A stretch of 64,000 nucleotides of DNA from an uncultured delta proteobacterium. GTDB taxonomy: Bacteria; Myxococcota_A; Polyangia; Fen-1088. Below are positions 11,303-22,304 of this stretch, piece after piece (positions within the stretch are counted from its first letter, which is position 1; each line of letters begins with the position of its first letter). The translations under genes and the position numbers were made by a program. A model generated the notes under the pieces. That model saw nothing but the letters and a program-made list of their open reading frames with translations. It searched no databases and had not been told where the DNA came from. The stretch covers positions 288,001-352,000 of the forward strand of contig CAWCMR010000025.1 of the NCBI GenBank assembly GCA_963796685.1, read 5' to 3'.

Positions 11303-13984
11303 TCAGTCGCCGAAGTCGATGCTGCGAACTCCGGCCGAAAGCGTGATCTCCTTGCTGTGAATCTTACCGATCGACGGTACCAGGACACCGATGGTGTGGC
11401 TGCCCGGGTCGACCCGCATCTTCGAATAGGGGCACAGGATCCCCGTCTCCTTGCCATCGACGACCACGGGGAGCTTGCCCTGGGTCGCGCACTCGACGCG
11501 GAATCGCGCTTCGCCGACCATCGGCGGCGCCACCGCCTTCAAGGTCACGTCGACCTTCCCCCCCTCGCGTACCTCGACGGCCGATTGGTTGGTGAGATAG
11601 CCCGCATGGACCAGAACCAGGCGTGCGCTGCCGGGCGTGAGCTTGACCGTACACGGCGTCTTGCCTCGCTCCTCGCCGTCGATCCACACCATGGCTCCGT
11701 CGGGGTGGCTCGCAATGGGCAAGGCGATTGCGGAAGAGCCCCAGGCCTGCTTGCTCGCCGCGACTGCGGGCGCCACGGAAGGCGCGACCTTGGCCGGCGC
11801 CGCAACCTTGTCCGGCGCCGCAACCTTGTCCGGCGCCGCGGCAGTCGGCTTCGCCGGCGAAGCGATGTTCTTCGTTTGCGGGGCTTGCTTCGACATCGCC
11901 CGCGAAGCGCTCTTCTTGCCGACCGGCCCCACGGTCAGCAGCGCGGCCGCGCCAGCCCCGGTGACTCCCGCAGCGATCGCAATGGCGATGGCCACGCGCC
12001 GAAAGCGCGACGGACCGACTGCCCAGCGACCCTCGCCTTGCTCGGCGGAGGCGGCCGTTGCCGACCTGCGAGCGGTCCGCGTTTGGGGCTCGCGAGCCTC
12101 ATCGGCCGGCGGTGTGGGCATCGTGTGCGCCGAGCGTGGCGACGCCCACTCGGCCGCTGCAGCTTCCTCTTCGGCGATGAACGCGGTTGCCATGAGCGAC
12201 GGGCTCTCGCCCACCCCTTCTCCGGAGCTATCGTTGCCTTCGACCGGGCTCGCATCCTCGGACACGTCGAAAGGCATCGGCTCGAACGCATTGGCCATGA
12301 TGGCGCTGGGCTCAGGGCGGTCGTCGAGCAGGTCGTCTTCGAGCGGTTGATGCGCCGCCTGGAACACGAGCGTGCGTTTGGAGAGAGGGGCTTGGTCGGC
12401 GCTCGGCACGTTCTGCGTCGTGCCTGGCTCCATCACCGCCGGAGGCGGGGGTGGTGGCATGAATGCGAAGGCCTCCTCGATCGTAGGATCGCTGACCGGG
12501 GGTGGTGGCACTTCATCGGCCACCTCGATCGCAATGGCCGATTCCGGAGTTGCGACGAGCGGCTGAATCGCCACCCCCGCCTGATCGCCGAGTGCAGCCA
12601 GGGCCTGCGCGCCCCATTCGGCGAGCTCGGGAATGGGCACGGGGTCAATCGCGGTTTCGGCGTCGGGCGAATCCATCCGCACTGGCGGCAAGGGTGCCCC
12701 GTGGCCCTGCTCCGGTTCGAGTAGGATGGGCGACTCGTCGACGGGAGATGGCGCCAGAACGGGCTCGGCCTCCTCGCGCGACGAAGGGTTTGCGTCCGCC
12801 GGCAGATCCGTCTCGACGGGCCCCTCGACGAGATTCGGGATGGAGGCGTCGGTGGGAAGCGCCTGGAAGATGGCACTGGCATAGCTTCCACTCGGCATGG
12901 CCCGGGTGGGCTCGTCGCCTGACGAGAGAAAGCTGCCCGAGGCCGAGGGAGCATGCGATCCCGGCGGTGGAAAGGGTGGGGCAGGCATGCGCGCAGCAGG
13001 CGCGGGCTCTTCGCGATCGAGATCGGCGGGGATCGGAGCAGGCGTGGGCTGTACGGTCGAATCTGCGACGAAACCCGAGAAGTTCCGCACCATCAAGGCC
13101 ATTTCGGAAATCATCGAGGCGTCGGGCACCACCGACCAGAAGTCGCCGAGGATCTTGGCGGCCTCTGCGGCGCTCGGTCGCAAGGACGGATCCTCGGCGA
13201 GAAGTCCGGCGATGAAATCAGCCATGGAAGGCCACAGGGCGTCCAGGATCTTTCTCGCGGCCAAGCTCCCTGCCCCTGCCGGTGGCAGCTCGCCCGTGGC
13301 CAGCTCGAACAGCACGGCACCGAGCGCGCGCAGGTCGCTCTTGGGATTCGCCTCCGCCGAGGAAAGCTCGGGCGCCGCATAGGCCATCGCTCGCGGCGAG
13401 GCCTGCCCATCGGAATTGCGCGTCGACTGGCGCAATCCCACATCCAGCACCTTGACCCCGCCGCGCGCGGTGGCCACGATGTTGCGCGGGCACAGACCGC
13501 CGTGTACCAGCGGCGGCGAGAGCGCGTGCAGCGCGGCCAAGCCGCCCGCGACCTCGGCGCCCACATAGGCCACGATCTTCTGCCATTTGTCGGCGTTGTC
13601 GTCGACCCCCGTGGCCAGCACGCCGGATACATGGGCCCATTCGCGAAAGCGATCGAGATCGAGGCCGTGGACGAACTCGGTCACGGCGATGGCCACACCG
13701 TCGATGACATCGGCATCGAGCACGCGGGCCACGCGTGGATCGTTGACGCCCGCGGTGCGCTTGGCGGTTTTGACGAAAGGATCGGCGAGATTCATCGGGC
13801 CGCCGCGCCCGCGGCGCAAACACTTGACGGCGAAGATGCGATCGAATCCCGCCAGACCGCGCACCCGGGCACGATAGGTCTCGATGCCTCCTTCGACACC
13901 AAGGCACTCCTCGAGCTCGTACCGGCCGAGCTTTCGCGGCTTGGCCTGATCGCGCACGACGCTGAGCCTCGTTGCATTTGCCAT
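11303..13984 (-). CDS. Ser/Thr kinase-fold pseudokinase with acidic/Pro linker, TM and PEGA domain
   Basis: LGRYELEECLG, FAVK, HGGLCPRN in place of HRDxxPxN, DVG in place of DFG, YAAPE; C-terminal ASHPDGAMVWIDGEERGKTP (PEGA). Confidence 0.85.
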   Translation of the reverse strand: MANATRLSVVRDQAKPRKLGRYELEECLGVEGGIETYRARVRGLAGFDRIFAVKCLRRGRGGPMNLADPFVKTAKRTAGVNDPRVARVLDADVIDGVAIAVTEFVHGLDLDRFREWAHVSGVLATGVDDNADKWQKIVAYVGAEVAGGLAALHALSPPLVHGGLCPRNIVATARGGVKVLDVGLRQSTRNSDGQASPRAMAYAAPELSSAEANPKSDLRALGAVLFELATGELPPAGAGSLAARKILDALWPSMADFIAGLLAEDPSLRPSAAEAAKILGDFWSVVPDASMISEMALMVRNFSGFVADSTVQPTPAPIPADLDREEPAPAARMPAPPFPPPGSHAPSASGSFLSSGDEPTRAMPSGSYASAIFQALPTDASIPNLVEGPVETDLPADANPSSREEAEPVLAPSPVDESPILLEPEQGHGAPLPPVRMDSPDAETAIDPVPIPELAEWGAQALAALGDQAGVAIQPLVATPESAIAIEVADEVPPPPVSDPTIEEAFAFMPPPPPPAVMEPGTTQNVPSADQAPLSKRTLVFQAAHQPLEDDLLDDRPEPSAIMANAFEPMPFDVSEDASPVEGNDSSGEGVGESPSLMATAFIAEEEAAAAEWASPRSAHTMPTPPADEAREPQTRTARRSATAASAEQGEGRWAVGPSRFRRVAIAIAIAAGVTGAGAAALLTVGPVGKKSASRAMSKQAPQTKNIASPAKPTAAAPDKVAAPDKVAAPAKVAPSVAPAVAASKQAWGSSAIALPIASHPDGAMVWIDGEERGKTPCTVKLTPGSARLVLVHAGYLTNQSAVEVREGGKVDVTLKAVAPPMVGEARFRVECATQGKLPVVVDGKETGILCPYSKMRVDPGSHTIGVLVPSIGKIHSKEITLSAGVRSIDFGD
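11787..11840. repeat. 3 x 18-bp coding tandem repeat (AAPDKV)
   Basis: accttg(g/t)ccggcgccgc(a/g) three times. Confidence 0.85.
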
Positions 13985-14006
13985 CAGTGCTAGTATCGGC
14001 GGTTCG

Positions 14007-14777
14007 ATGCGACTTTTTGACTGGATGTCATCGCCTTCGGCTATCCTGGGGCAAAGCGTTGGAGATTCAAGACGAGCCGTGTCTTGGATGCGCCAGACCT
14101 TGCGAGGTAATCGTACCGCGCCGCCGGGTTCTTGTGAACAGAGCACAAGCCAGCCGCCCGTGCTCCTCATCCACGGCTACCTTGGTACGCGCGGCTCGCT
14201 CCACTTGCTGGAGAGCCGACTGACCGAGATGGGTCACCTCGTGCTGACCTACCGGCTCGGGCTGCTCCACACCGGCGACATCTGCGAATCGGCGGCCCTC
14301 ATCGCACGCAAGATCGAGTCCATGGCAGCCCAGACGGGACTCGAACGGATGGATATCGTTGGACATTCTATGGGCGGTCTGGTGGGGCTCTACTACCTCA
14401 AGCGGCTGGGGGGACGACGCCGGGTTCGCCGCCTGGTCATGCTTGGAACGCCCACCTCGGGCACCTGGTCGGCGCTGCTCGGCGTGGCGGTGGCGCCATT
14501 CGGGCGCGCTGGCCGCCAGCTCCTACCGGATTCGCCCTTCTTGCGCGACCTCGAACAGGGGGCGCTGCCCGATGGCGTCGAGGTCGTTTCCGTGTCCGGG
14601 GAGCGCGACCGGCTCGCGCCGAGTCCCCGCACGCACCTCGATTGTACTCGCCATATTTCGGTATCCACCAATCACGCCGGGCTGCTGGTCGACGCGGAAG
14701 TTGCCGAGCTGGTGGGCCGGATCCTGGGCGCTCCCGCGACGGCCAACTCGCCAAGACCAGCCACTGCCGCGCACTGA
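14007..14777 (+). CDS. Alpha/beta hydrolase (lipase/esterase type)
   Basis: PVLLIHG, GHSMGG nucleophile elbow, LGTP, D and H (NHAGLL) triad candidates. Confidence 0.88.
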   Translation: MRLFDWMSSPSAILGQSVGDSRRAVSWMRQTLRGNRTAPPGSCEQSTSQPPVLLIHGYLGTRGSLHLLESRLTEMGHLVLTYRLGLLHTGDICESAALIARKIESMAAQTGLERMDIVGHSMGGLVGLYYLKRLGGRRRVRRLVMLGTPTSGTWSALLGVAVAPFGRAGRQLLPDSPFLRDLEQGALPDGVEVVSVSGERDRLAPSPRTHLDCTRHISVSTNHAGLLVDAEVAELVGRILGAPATANSPRPATAAH

Positions 14778-14882
14778 CGTTGACGGGTAGCGGCTAAGTG
14801 ATTAGAATCACGACGTTTGGATTCTCTGAGGCCCCCTAACTTTGCAGCCGAGGACATAAGCCCCACCGGGGTCGAACGAACC

Positions 14883-15803
14883 ATGTGGACCCTGAAGTTC
14901 ATCTCGGGCAAGTACCAGGGAGGCGAATTCCCGCTCAGGCCTAACCGTGAGATCATCATCGGCCGTTCGTCCGACCTCGACATGGTGTTGGTCGAAGACA
15001 TGGTGTCGCGCAAGCACGCGAAGATCACCACCGACGACCATTCGGTCTCGATCCAGGACCTCGGCTCGACCAACGGGACGTTCGTCAACGGCGAAAAAGT
15101 TCGCGCCATCCGCCTCAAAGAGGGCGACCGCATCCTGGTCGGGACCTCGATCATCAAGCTGGTCACGGCCAACAACGAGGCGCCGGTGCCGTCGTCGTCC
15201 CTGACCGAAAACGAGGCGCGGTCGCGCATGCAGGTCACGGCCAACCGACGGGCCGAACCCAAGATGATGCAAGGGAACATCGAGGAGATCCCCCTGCCCG
15301 ATCTCCTGCAATTGCTCTCGACCAGCCGCAAATCAGGCGTGTTGGTGTTGCGCTCCGAATGGGGAACGGGCCGGCTTTACCTGCGCAAGGGACAGATCTA
15401 CTTCGCCAACGTCGACGAGAGCTTCGACGTCAGCCCGCGCAAGGCCATGTTCCGCATGCTCACCTGGGACAAGGGGCTCTTCGAGCTGGAGCCGCCCGAC
15501 GATCGCACGGTGATGGAGGAGATCCAGGACAGTACCGAGGGGCTTCTCATGGAGGGCATGCGCCAGCTCGACGAATTCCGAGAGCTGTCGGCCAAGCTGC
15601 CCCCGTTCGAGGCCATCGTCTCCATCCCGCGCCCGCTCGAACCGCGCTTGCGCGAGCTCAAGCCGCAAGAGCTGGATCTGATGCAGACCGCGCTCGACGA
15701 GGCCACGGTCCAACAGATCATCGACCAAAGTCCGCAGACCGATCTCGATACCGCCCAAGCGCTGCTGTCGCTGCTCGAGCGCGGCTATTTGATTGTGGGG
15801 TAG
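14883..15803 (+). CDS. FHA domain + DUF4388 (PATAN-like) protein
   Basis: IGR..VSRKHA..DLGSTNGTFVNG (FHA); MQGNIEEIPLPDLLQLL..KSGVL (DUF4388). Confidence 0.88.
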   Translation: MWTLKFISGKYQGGEFPLRPNREIIIGRSSDLDMVLVEDMVSRKHAKITTDDHSVSIQDLGSTNGTFVNGEKVRAIRLKEGDRILVGTSIIKLVTANNEAPVPSSSLTENEARSRMQVTANRRAEPKMMQGNIEEIPLPDLLQLLSTSRKSGVLVLRSEWGTGRLYLRKGQIYFANVDESFDVSPRKAMFRMLTWDKGLFELEPPDDRTVMEEIQDSTEGLLMEGMRQLDEFRELSAKLPPFEAIVSIPRPLEPRLRELKPQELDLMQTALDEATVQQIIDQSPQTDLDTAQALLSLLERGYLIVG

Positions 15804-15817
15804 CGCCGAAGGCGCGA

Positions 15818-16669
15818 CTACAGCCGAAGGGTCAGACCCTCGGCGGCGCCGAGGATTTCCACGGACTGGGCGCCACGCGCATCGAGCTGACGGCGCCCAC
15901 GGGACACGAGCTCGTCCACGTCGCGATCGCTGTAGTCCTGATCGTAATGAAAGAGGGCCAGCCTCTTGGCCTGCGCGCGCACGGCTGCGTCCACCGCGTC
16001 GTCCACGGAAGAAAGGCCACGCGCCACGCGCGCGACGCGATCCTCGGGCGTGAAGGTGCAGTCGTGAATGAGCAGATCCGCCCCGCGGTAGATCGCCAGG
16101 GTCTCGTCCGGCGGACCGCTCTTTTCGTAGCCCACGTCGCTGGCGTAGACCAGGGTCTTGCCGTCGGCCTCGATACGAAAAGCCATGACCTGCGTCGGCC
16201 CGTGCGGGTTGGGGTGCGCGGTGACCCTGGCTGCGCCCACGCGAACGTCGCGATCCTCCGGAATGGCACGCATCTCGATGTGCGCGCCCATGTTGCGGTA
16301 GCTTTGCACCGGGAAGAACTGGGCCGCCATCTGGCGTTCGAGCACCCGCTCGAGCAGCTCGGAGCTGTGGCTGCCCCCCACGACCGTGAAGCGGTTTCCC
16401 GGCACATAGAACGGTCCGAAGAACGGGAAACCCTGGATGTGATCCCAATGGGCGTGCGACAGCAGGACCGTGGCGCTGCCTTTGCCCTTGCCGAAGGTAC
16501 CCCCGAGAAGGGAGATTCCGAAATTGCGCGCGCCCGTTCCGCAGTCGATCATGATGATCTCGCCGTCGGCGAGGCGAACCGACACGCACGAGGTATTGCC
16601 GCCGTAGCGCACGGTGGCCGGGCCGGGCGATGGAATGGATCCGCGCACGCCCCAGAAGGTAACTTCCAT
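15818..16669 (-). CDS. MBL-fold metallohydrolase (RNase Z/phosphodiesterase-like)
   Basis: FWGVRGS, YGGNTSC, SHAHWDHIQG, HD, LFHYD. Confidence 0.9.
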   Translation of the reverse strand: MEVTFWGVRGSIPSPGPATVRYGGNTSCVSVRLADGEIIMIDCGTGARNFGISLLGGTFGKGKGSATVLLSHAHWDHIQGFPFFGPFYVPGNRFTVVGGSHSSELLERVLERQMAAQFFPVQSYRNMGAHIEMRAIPEDRDVRVGAARVTAHPNPHGPTQVMAFRIEADGKTLVYASDVGYEKSGPPDETLAIYRGADLLIHDCTFTPEDRVARVARGLSSVDDAVDAAVRAQAKRLALFHYDQDYSDRDVDELVSRGRRQLDARGAQSVEILGAAEGLTLRL

Positions 16670-17601
16670 CAGGCCTTCCCCAGCAAGAGATCGAGCCCCT
16701 CGAAGGCGGCGACAATCTGCAGGTTCGCGGTTTCGCCCTTGGCCTCGGCGCGAGCGACTTCGAGCATGCCGTCCACCTCGGCGTCCGAACGGTCGGGGGC
16801 GTGGTGAAAGAGCGCCAAGGTCTTCACCCCCGCTTGGTGGCACACGCTGATGGCGTCCGATGGCCGCGAGTGCCCAAAGTGGGGGTACTGGCGGTATTCG
16901 GCGGCGGTGTACATGGTGTCGTAGATGACCAGGTCGGCGCCTTCGCACAGACGAACCACCGCGGAGGCCATGGCCTTGAGTTTGGCCTTGTCGGTTCGGC
17001 TCAGCGGGGCGTGCTGCGAGGGGGGGCCCGAGAGAAATTCCTGCCCGAACAGGATATCGGAAAATGGCGCCGTGTCGGCAATGTACGCCACGCGTGCGCC
17101 ATCGGCCGCGATGGCGTAGGCGGTGGCCACGTGGGGATGGTTGAGGCGTGTGGTGGACACCTGCATGTCCTCGATCTCGAACTTGGCCCCGTCGTGCAAC
17201 TCACGAAAGGCCACGCTGGCGCGCGTGCTGTCGAACGAAACCGGAAAGAAGGGCGCATCCGCCTGCGATGCAAACACGCTGCGCAGGTTCTGATCGTCGC
17301 GTTGCCGGGCATACACGAACAGACGGTTGCCCCCACGGTAGAACGGCGAAAAAAACGGCAGCCCTTGGATGTGATCCCAGTGGGTGTGACTGATGAGGAT
17401 GTGCGCCTTGCCCTTACCTGATTCGAACTCGGCGCGCATCAGATCCTTGCCCAGGCGCCGAATTCCAGTGCCACCGTCGATGATGACGCGCGTGCCGGAG
17501 GCGGAGGTGACTTCCACGCACGAGGTATTTCCTCCGTAGCGCTCCGTGCGTGCGCCAGGAACGGGAAGCGAGCCGCGAACACCCCAGAAGCGAACTCTCA
17601 T
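16669..17601 (-). CDS. MBL-fold metallohydrolase, tandem paralogue
   Basis: FWGVRGS, YGGNTSC, SHTHWDHIQG, GHS, LFHHAP. Confidence 0.9.
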   Translation of the reverse strand: MRVRFWGVRGSLPVPGARTERYGGNTSCVEVTSASGTRVIIDGGTGIRRLGKDLMRAEFESGKGKAHILISHTHWDHIQGLPFFSPFYRGGNRLFVYARQRDDQNLRSVFASQADAPFFPVSFDSTRASVAFRELHDGAKFEIEDMQVSTTRLNHPHVATAYAIAADGARVAYIADTAPFSDILFGQEFLSGPPSQHAPLSRTDKAKLKAMASAVVRLCEGADLVIYDTMYTAAEYRQYPHFGHSRPSDAISVCHQAGVKTLALFHHAPDRSDAEVDGMLEVARAEAKGETANLQIVAAFEGLDLLLGKA

Positions 17602-17778
17602 GGGTATCGCGTGACGCGAACGGTCTTTGCCCGGCGGCGCTTCCCGCGGGAAGCGAAAGAACCCTCCCAGGGGTCCTTGGCACGGGTCGCACGTGTCCTC
17701 CGTCGTGCATGGGTCGTATGACTGTATCACAGCGCCGACGGATGCGCGCGCGGCGTTGTGAATCTTGCGTGGGGAAGA

Positions 17779-18183
17779 CTAATGTCCGCGCAGGCTCTTG
17801 AGCAAGGCGAAGTAATCGCTGCGCGAGTAGGGCCGGTTGAGGATGTGGAACTCCTTCTTGGCCAGGCCTACGCAGCCAAAACAGTAGTTGCAGTCGGTGC
17901 AGAAGAAACAGCGCAAAAGGTAGGCCGAGTGGGTGCTGCCCACCGCGTCCTCGCAGTGCGAACAGTCGTGGCACCCCACGCAACGCAGGCAGTGCCCGCT
18001 GCCCGTGGTGGCCTCGCAGTCCTCGCAGTGCGTGCATCGGTAGCAGTTGTGGCACCCCTTGCAGAACATGCAGTGCACCGAGCCGGTGCAGCGCTCGCTG
18101 CGAAAGCTACCCAGGTTCTGATCGGCCACGCCGAGCTCGCGCTGCAGGCGAAGGAGCTCGGCGTCGAACTCGGAGCGATTCAT
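17779..18183 (-). CDS. Small Cys-rich (Cxx)n repeat protein
   Basis: 18 Cys, mostly at 3-residue spacing, ending CFGCVGL..HILN..YS. Confidence 0.8.
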   Translation of the reverse strand: MNRSEFDAELLRLQRELGVADQNLGSFRSERCTGSVHCMFCKGCHNCYRCTHCEDCEATTGSGHCLRCVGCHDCSHCEDAVGSTHSAYLLRCFFCTDCNYCFGCVGLAKKEFHILNRPYSRSDYFALLKSLRGH

Positions 18184-18297
18184 GGACGGCGACTATACAG
18201 CGAGTCACGACAAAGGAGCACGATCTGTGGCCCGAGCCTGAAGTGCCTGCAGCCTGCGCTTGCAGCGTCCTCGCCGCTCCCTATAATCCCGCCTTCC

Positions 18298-20391
18298 ATG
18301 TCCGACCCAGGCCCGAGTCCCGAAGCCAAAGCGAAGAAGCCCTCCCGGCTGACCCGCGTGCGCAACATCGGCATCTGCGCCCATATCGATGCCGGCAAGA
18401 CCACGGTCAGCGAGCGCTTCCTCTACTACGCCGGGCGCATCCACAAGATCGGCGAGGTCCACGACGGCGAAGCGCAGATGGACTGGATGCCACAGGAGCG
18501 CGAGCGCGGCATCACCATCACCGCCGCGGCCACCACGCTCGAATGGCGCGGGCACGACGTTCACCTCATCGACACACCGGGGCATGTGGATTTCACCATC
18601 GAGGTCGAGCGCTCGCTGCGCGTGCTCGACGGTGCGGTGGTCGTGTTCTGCGGCGTCTCGGGCGTCGAGCCGCAGTCGGAGACCGTGTGGCACCAGGCGG
18701 ACAACTTCCACGTGCCGCGGCTGGCGTTCGTGAACAAGATGGATCGTCCGGGCGCGGATTTTCAGGCCGTGGTCGACGAGATTCGCGAGCGCCTGGCCGC
18801 GCGTCCCGTGCCCGTGCAGCTCCCCATCGGCGCGGAGGATCAATTCACCGGCGTGGTGGATCTCATCCGGGAACGCGCCATCTATTTCTCCGGCGCCGAG
18901 GACGATCCGCCGCGCGAGGACAGCGTGCCCGCGGCCATGGCCGACGCGGTGGCGGCGGCGCGCGAAAAGCTCATCGAGGCCGCCGCCGATTTCGACGACA
19001 GCATCGCGACCGCGTACCTCGAAGGTAAAACCATCGAGCCCGCCGCGCTGATCGCGGCCCTGCGCGCGGGCACGCTTCGTTGTGGCCTCGTGCCCGTGCT
19101 GGCCGGCTCGGCCCTGCGCAACAAGGGCGTCCAGCCGCTGCTCGACGCCGTGTGCGACTTCTTGCCCGCACCCACCGAAGTCCCGCCCATCCAGGGCACG
19201 GATCCCACGTCCGGCCAGCCGACGACACGGCCACCCGAGGACACGGCCCCCTTCTGCGCCCTGGCCTTCAAGGTCGCCATGGACGAGGGCCGCAAGACGG
19301 TTTTCCTGCGCATCTACTCGGGGGTGCTGCGGCCCGGTGACGAGGTCCAAAATGCGCGCACCAGGCGCAACGAAAAGGTCGCCCGCCTCTTCTCCGTGCA
19401 TGCCAATCGACGCGAGCGCATCGAGCGCGCCGGTGCCGGCAGCATCGTGGTTGCCATGGGGCTCAAGGATGCGGGTACTGGCGACACCGTGTATGCGCCC
19501 AAGGCGCCCATCCTGCTCGGACGCATCGACGCCCACGAGCCGGTCATCGCGCGCGCCATCGAGCCCAAGACCCAGGCCGAGAAGGAGAAGCTCGACTTCG
19601 GTCTGAGCAAACTGGCGGACGAAGACCCGACCTTCCGCTTCGGCGAAGATCCCGAGACCGGCCAGACCATCATCCGCGGCATGGGCGAGCTTCACCTCGA
19701 CATCATGGCGGATCGCTTGCGCCGCGAGTACGGCGTGGAGGCCACCGTGGGACGGCCGCAAGTCGTGTACCGGGAAACCCTGGCCGGCGCTGCCGAGGCC
19801 GAGGCGCGTTTCGAGCGTCAAATCGATAACGAAACCCTGTTCGGACAGGCCCGCGTGCGCGTGGCCGCACGACCGCGCGGCAGCGGCAACGTGGTGAAGC
19901 TGGCCATGGTTCCGCCCGAGCAGGTTCCCGGCGCGCCCAAGATCCCCGAGCCCCCGCGCGCCATCCTCGAGGCCGCGCTGGAAGGCGCCGCCGAGGCCAT
20001 GCGCTCGGGGCCGGAGGGCTATCCCTTCGAGGACATCGAGGTCGTGGTCACCGGTATCGAGTATCGGCCGGACGCTTCGACGCCGGCCGGACAAAAGGCC
20101 GCCGTGGGCGAAGCCCTGCGCCAGGCCTCGCGCGAAGCAGGCACGCGCCTGCTCGAACCCATCATGAAGGTCGAGGTCACCGCACCCGAGGCCAACGTGG
20201 GCGATGTGCTCGGCGATCTCAACGCGCGCCACGCCCGCATCGAGGACGTGGGCGTGCGCGGTAACCAGCGCTTGGTGGTGGCCAAGGTCCCCTTGCGTCG
20301 CATGTTCGGTTACTCCACCGATCTGCGCTCGGCCACCCAGGGCCGCGCCAACTACACCATGCAGTTCGAAACCTTCGACGCTTGGGAGTAG
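18298..20391 (+). CDS. fusA: Elongation factor G paralogue (EF-G2 type)
   Basis: [51 protein letters not shown]; not in an rpsL-rpsG-tuf context. Confidence 0.93.
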   Translation: MSDPGPSPEAKAKKPSRLTRVRNIGICAHIDAGKTTVSERFLYYAGRIHKIGEVHDGEAQMDWMPQERERGITITAAATTLEWRGHDVHLIDTPGHVDFTIEVERSLRVLDGAVVVFCGVSGVEPQSETVWHQADNFHVPRLAFVNKMDRPGADFQAVVDEIRERLAARPVPVQLPIGAEDQFTGVVDLIRERAIYFSGAEDDPPREDSVPAAMADAVAAAREKLIEAAADFDDSIATAYLEGKTIEPAALIAALRAGTLRCGLVPVLAGSALRNKGVQPLLDAVCDFLPAPTEVPPIQGTDPTSGQPTTRPPEDTAPFCALAFKVAMDEGRKTVFLRIYSGVLRPGDEVQNARTRRNEKVARLFSVHANRRERIERAGAGSIVVAMGLKDAGTGDTVYAPKAPILLGRIDAHEPVIARAIEPKTQAEKEKLDFGLSKLADEDPTFRFGEDPETGQTIIRGMGELHLDIMADRLRREYGVEATVGRPQVVYRETLAGAAEAEARFERQIDNETLFGQARVRVAARPRGSGNVVKLAMVPPEQVPGAPKIPEPPRAILEAALEGAAEAMRSGPEGYPFEDIEVVVTGIEYRPDASTPAGQKAAVGEALRQASREAGTRLLEPIMKVEVTAPEANVGDVLGDLNARHARIEDVGVRGNQRLVVAKVPLRRMFGYSTDLRSATQGRANYTMQFETFDAWE

Positions 20392-22256
20392 CCGGGGGCC
20401 AACCTTCGGACCACGACGATGGACATGTCGTCCTCTTGCGGTCCGGGCGCCCAGCCCCGGCATTCGCGTAGAATCTCGCTGCACATGGCTTGCGCCGGCT
20501 TGTCGCGCAGCCGCTCGACCGCGGCGCACAGCCGGTCGAGCCCATAGGCATCCCGATGCGAGGCGCCGGCCTCGACCATGCCGTCCGAATGAAAGACCAG
20601 AAGATCGCCGGGTTCCAGCTTTCCGCTGCTCTCGCGAAGGTATCGATCGACTTGGTCGTTGATACCCATCCACGGACCCAGGGTATCGATGACCTCGCAC
20701 TTTTCACTCGCCGCGCGCAGAACGAGCATGGGCTCGTGTCCGCCGGCGAACACATAGGTGCCGTCGTGCATGACGTGCATGAGCACCAAGGTCGCGTGAT
20801 CGTCGCCGCCCATGCGGCGGCGAATGTTCTCGACCAACAATCGATTCGTCGCTTTCAGGATCTCCCTCGGAGGTGCGCCCGGCATATGGATGGCCAGGGC
20901 GGCCAGGGCGCTTTGCAACATCAGCATAACCAACCCAGCCGTCAGGCCGTGGCCCGAGACGTCCCCGGCGGCAATCCAGAACCCGGATGGCGTCGGCAAC
21001 ACTTCATAGTAGTCGCCTCCGACCGCCTCCGCGGGCCGCATCTCGGCCGCGATTTCGAAACCGGCGACGTCGAAACACTTGGGAAGAATCCCGACCTGGA
21101 TGCGTTCCGCGATTTCCAGCTCTTGGCGAAAGCGCGCCAGCACGACTTGCTCCTTCTCGCGCTCACGCAGGGCATCGGCCTGATTTCGCAGCTGCGCAAC
21201 CATCGCTCCCACCATCGTCACGAGATCGGTCACCTCACGGGCGTCCCACCGCGCCGACGATGGCGGTGCGACGCCCTCTCCGCCCGCCACGCGAAGCGTG
21301 TAGCGCGCGAGCTTGCTGATCGGCCGGGCCAGCCACGACGACAGGACGTAGGCAAACATCACGCCCAGGAGCAGGGCACCGAACACGGCGATGAGCGTGC
21401 TGATCCTGGCGTGACTCGCCTCCTCCTCGATCTTCCATGTCGGTCGCATGACGGCGATCGTCCAACCGAGCCGCGGGTCGGCCACGCGTGCGATGGCCGC
21501 CCGTACCGATTCGCCCTGTTCGTCGCGGCCAGTGCGCAGCAACGCCTCGCCGGGGGGAACGTCCGCGTACATCTCGACGGCGGAAAGATCGGCGAGCGGG
21601 CGCTGCCCCCGTGGATTGGAGTCCACGACGACGCGCATGCGCGTGTCGAGAACGCGCGCCTGCATATCGCCAAACACCTCCACCGATTGGGTCGTCAGCT
21701 CTTGCAGATAGCCCAGCCCAATCGCTCCCACCACGGCCCCCTGCAATTTCCTGGAGTCGGCGTCGGCTGAGGACCAGATAGGCGCGCACACGTGAATCGT
21801 CGGAACCCCGGTGTACTTTCCGATCTCGACCCCGGAAAGCGTGGTTTGCTGCGTGCGCAGCATGTCTCGATAGTATTCGCGGTCGCCGACCCCACCCGTG
21901 ACTGCATGCGGCGGGTCCCCGGTTAGAGGGTAGCCGTCAAGCCTGGACGCGAACACGCCGAGGCACGAGGGAAAGGCCGTGCAGTGCTCGTGCAGCAGCG
22001 TGTGCATCAAATCGAGGTCGAAAGAACCGTACGCGCCGATCTGGTTGGCTATCGTCACCAATTCGCGAACGCTGACATCGAACGCCTCGCCTATGGCGCG
22101 CGCGATGGACTCCGCCGCAAAACGCAGATCCTTGTCGGCGGCCTGCCGTTGGACATCCCGCCATCGGGCGACTTGCGTCGGTCCGAGATACGCGATGGGC
22201 GCCAGCATGCCGATGGACAGTGAGGCGAAGAGATATGTGCGCAGTGAGAGTCGCAC
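20352..22256 (-). CDS. Membrane sensor SpoIIE/PP2C phosphatase (Cache-HAMP-PP2C)
   Basis: Two TMs flanking a Cache-like region, HAMP, VGGDYY, GDVSGHG, SDG, EDDMS. Confidence 0.9.
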   Translation of the reverse strand: MRLSLRTYLFASLSIGMLAPIAYLGPTQVARWRDVQRQAADKDLRFAAESIARAIGEAFDVSVRELVTIANQIGAYGSFDLDLMHTLLHEHCTAFPSCLGVFASRLDGYPLTGDPPHAVTGGVGDREYYRDMLRTQQTTLSGVEIGKYTGVPTIHVCAPIWSSADADSRKLQGAVVGAIGLGYLQELTTQSVEVFGDMQARVLDTRMRVVVDSNPRGQRPLADLSAVEMYADVPPGEALLRTGRDEQGESVRAAIARVADPRLGWTIAVMRPTWKIEEEASHARISTLIAVFGALLLGVMFAYVLSSWLARPISKLARYTLRVAGGEGVAPPSSARWDAREVTDLVTMVGAMVAQLRNQADALREREKEQVVLARFRQELEIAERIQVGILPKCFDVAGFEIAAEMRPAEAVGGDYYEVLPTPSGFWIAAGDVSGHGLTAGLVMLMLQSALAALAIHMPGAPPREILKATNRLLVENIRRRMGGDDHATLVLMHVMHDGTYVFAGGHEPMLVLRAASEKCEVIDTLGPWMGINDQVDRYLRESSGKLEPGDLLVFHSDGMVEAGASHRDAYGLDRLCAAVERLRDKPAQAMCSEILRECRGWAPGPQEDDMSIVVVRRLAPGYSQASKVSNCMV

Positions 22257-22304
22257 TGGGACAGGGCCAAGTGTAGGTGCGGCCGAGCAAAAACGCGAGG
22301 GCTG

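Noticed and set aside
17779-18183. Multiheme cytochrome (CKGCH, CVGCH)
   Set aside because: No signal peptide, and the CxxCH matches arise from a continuous Cxx periodicity.
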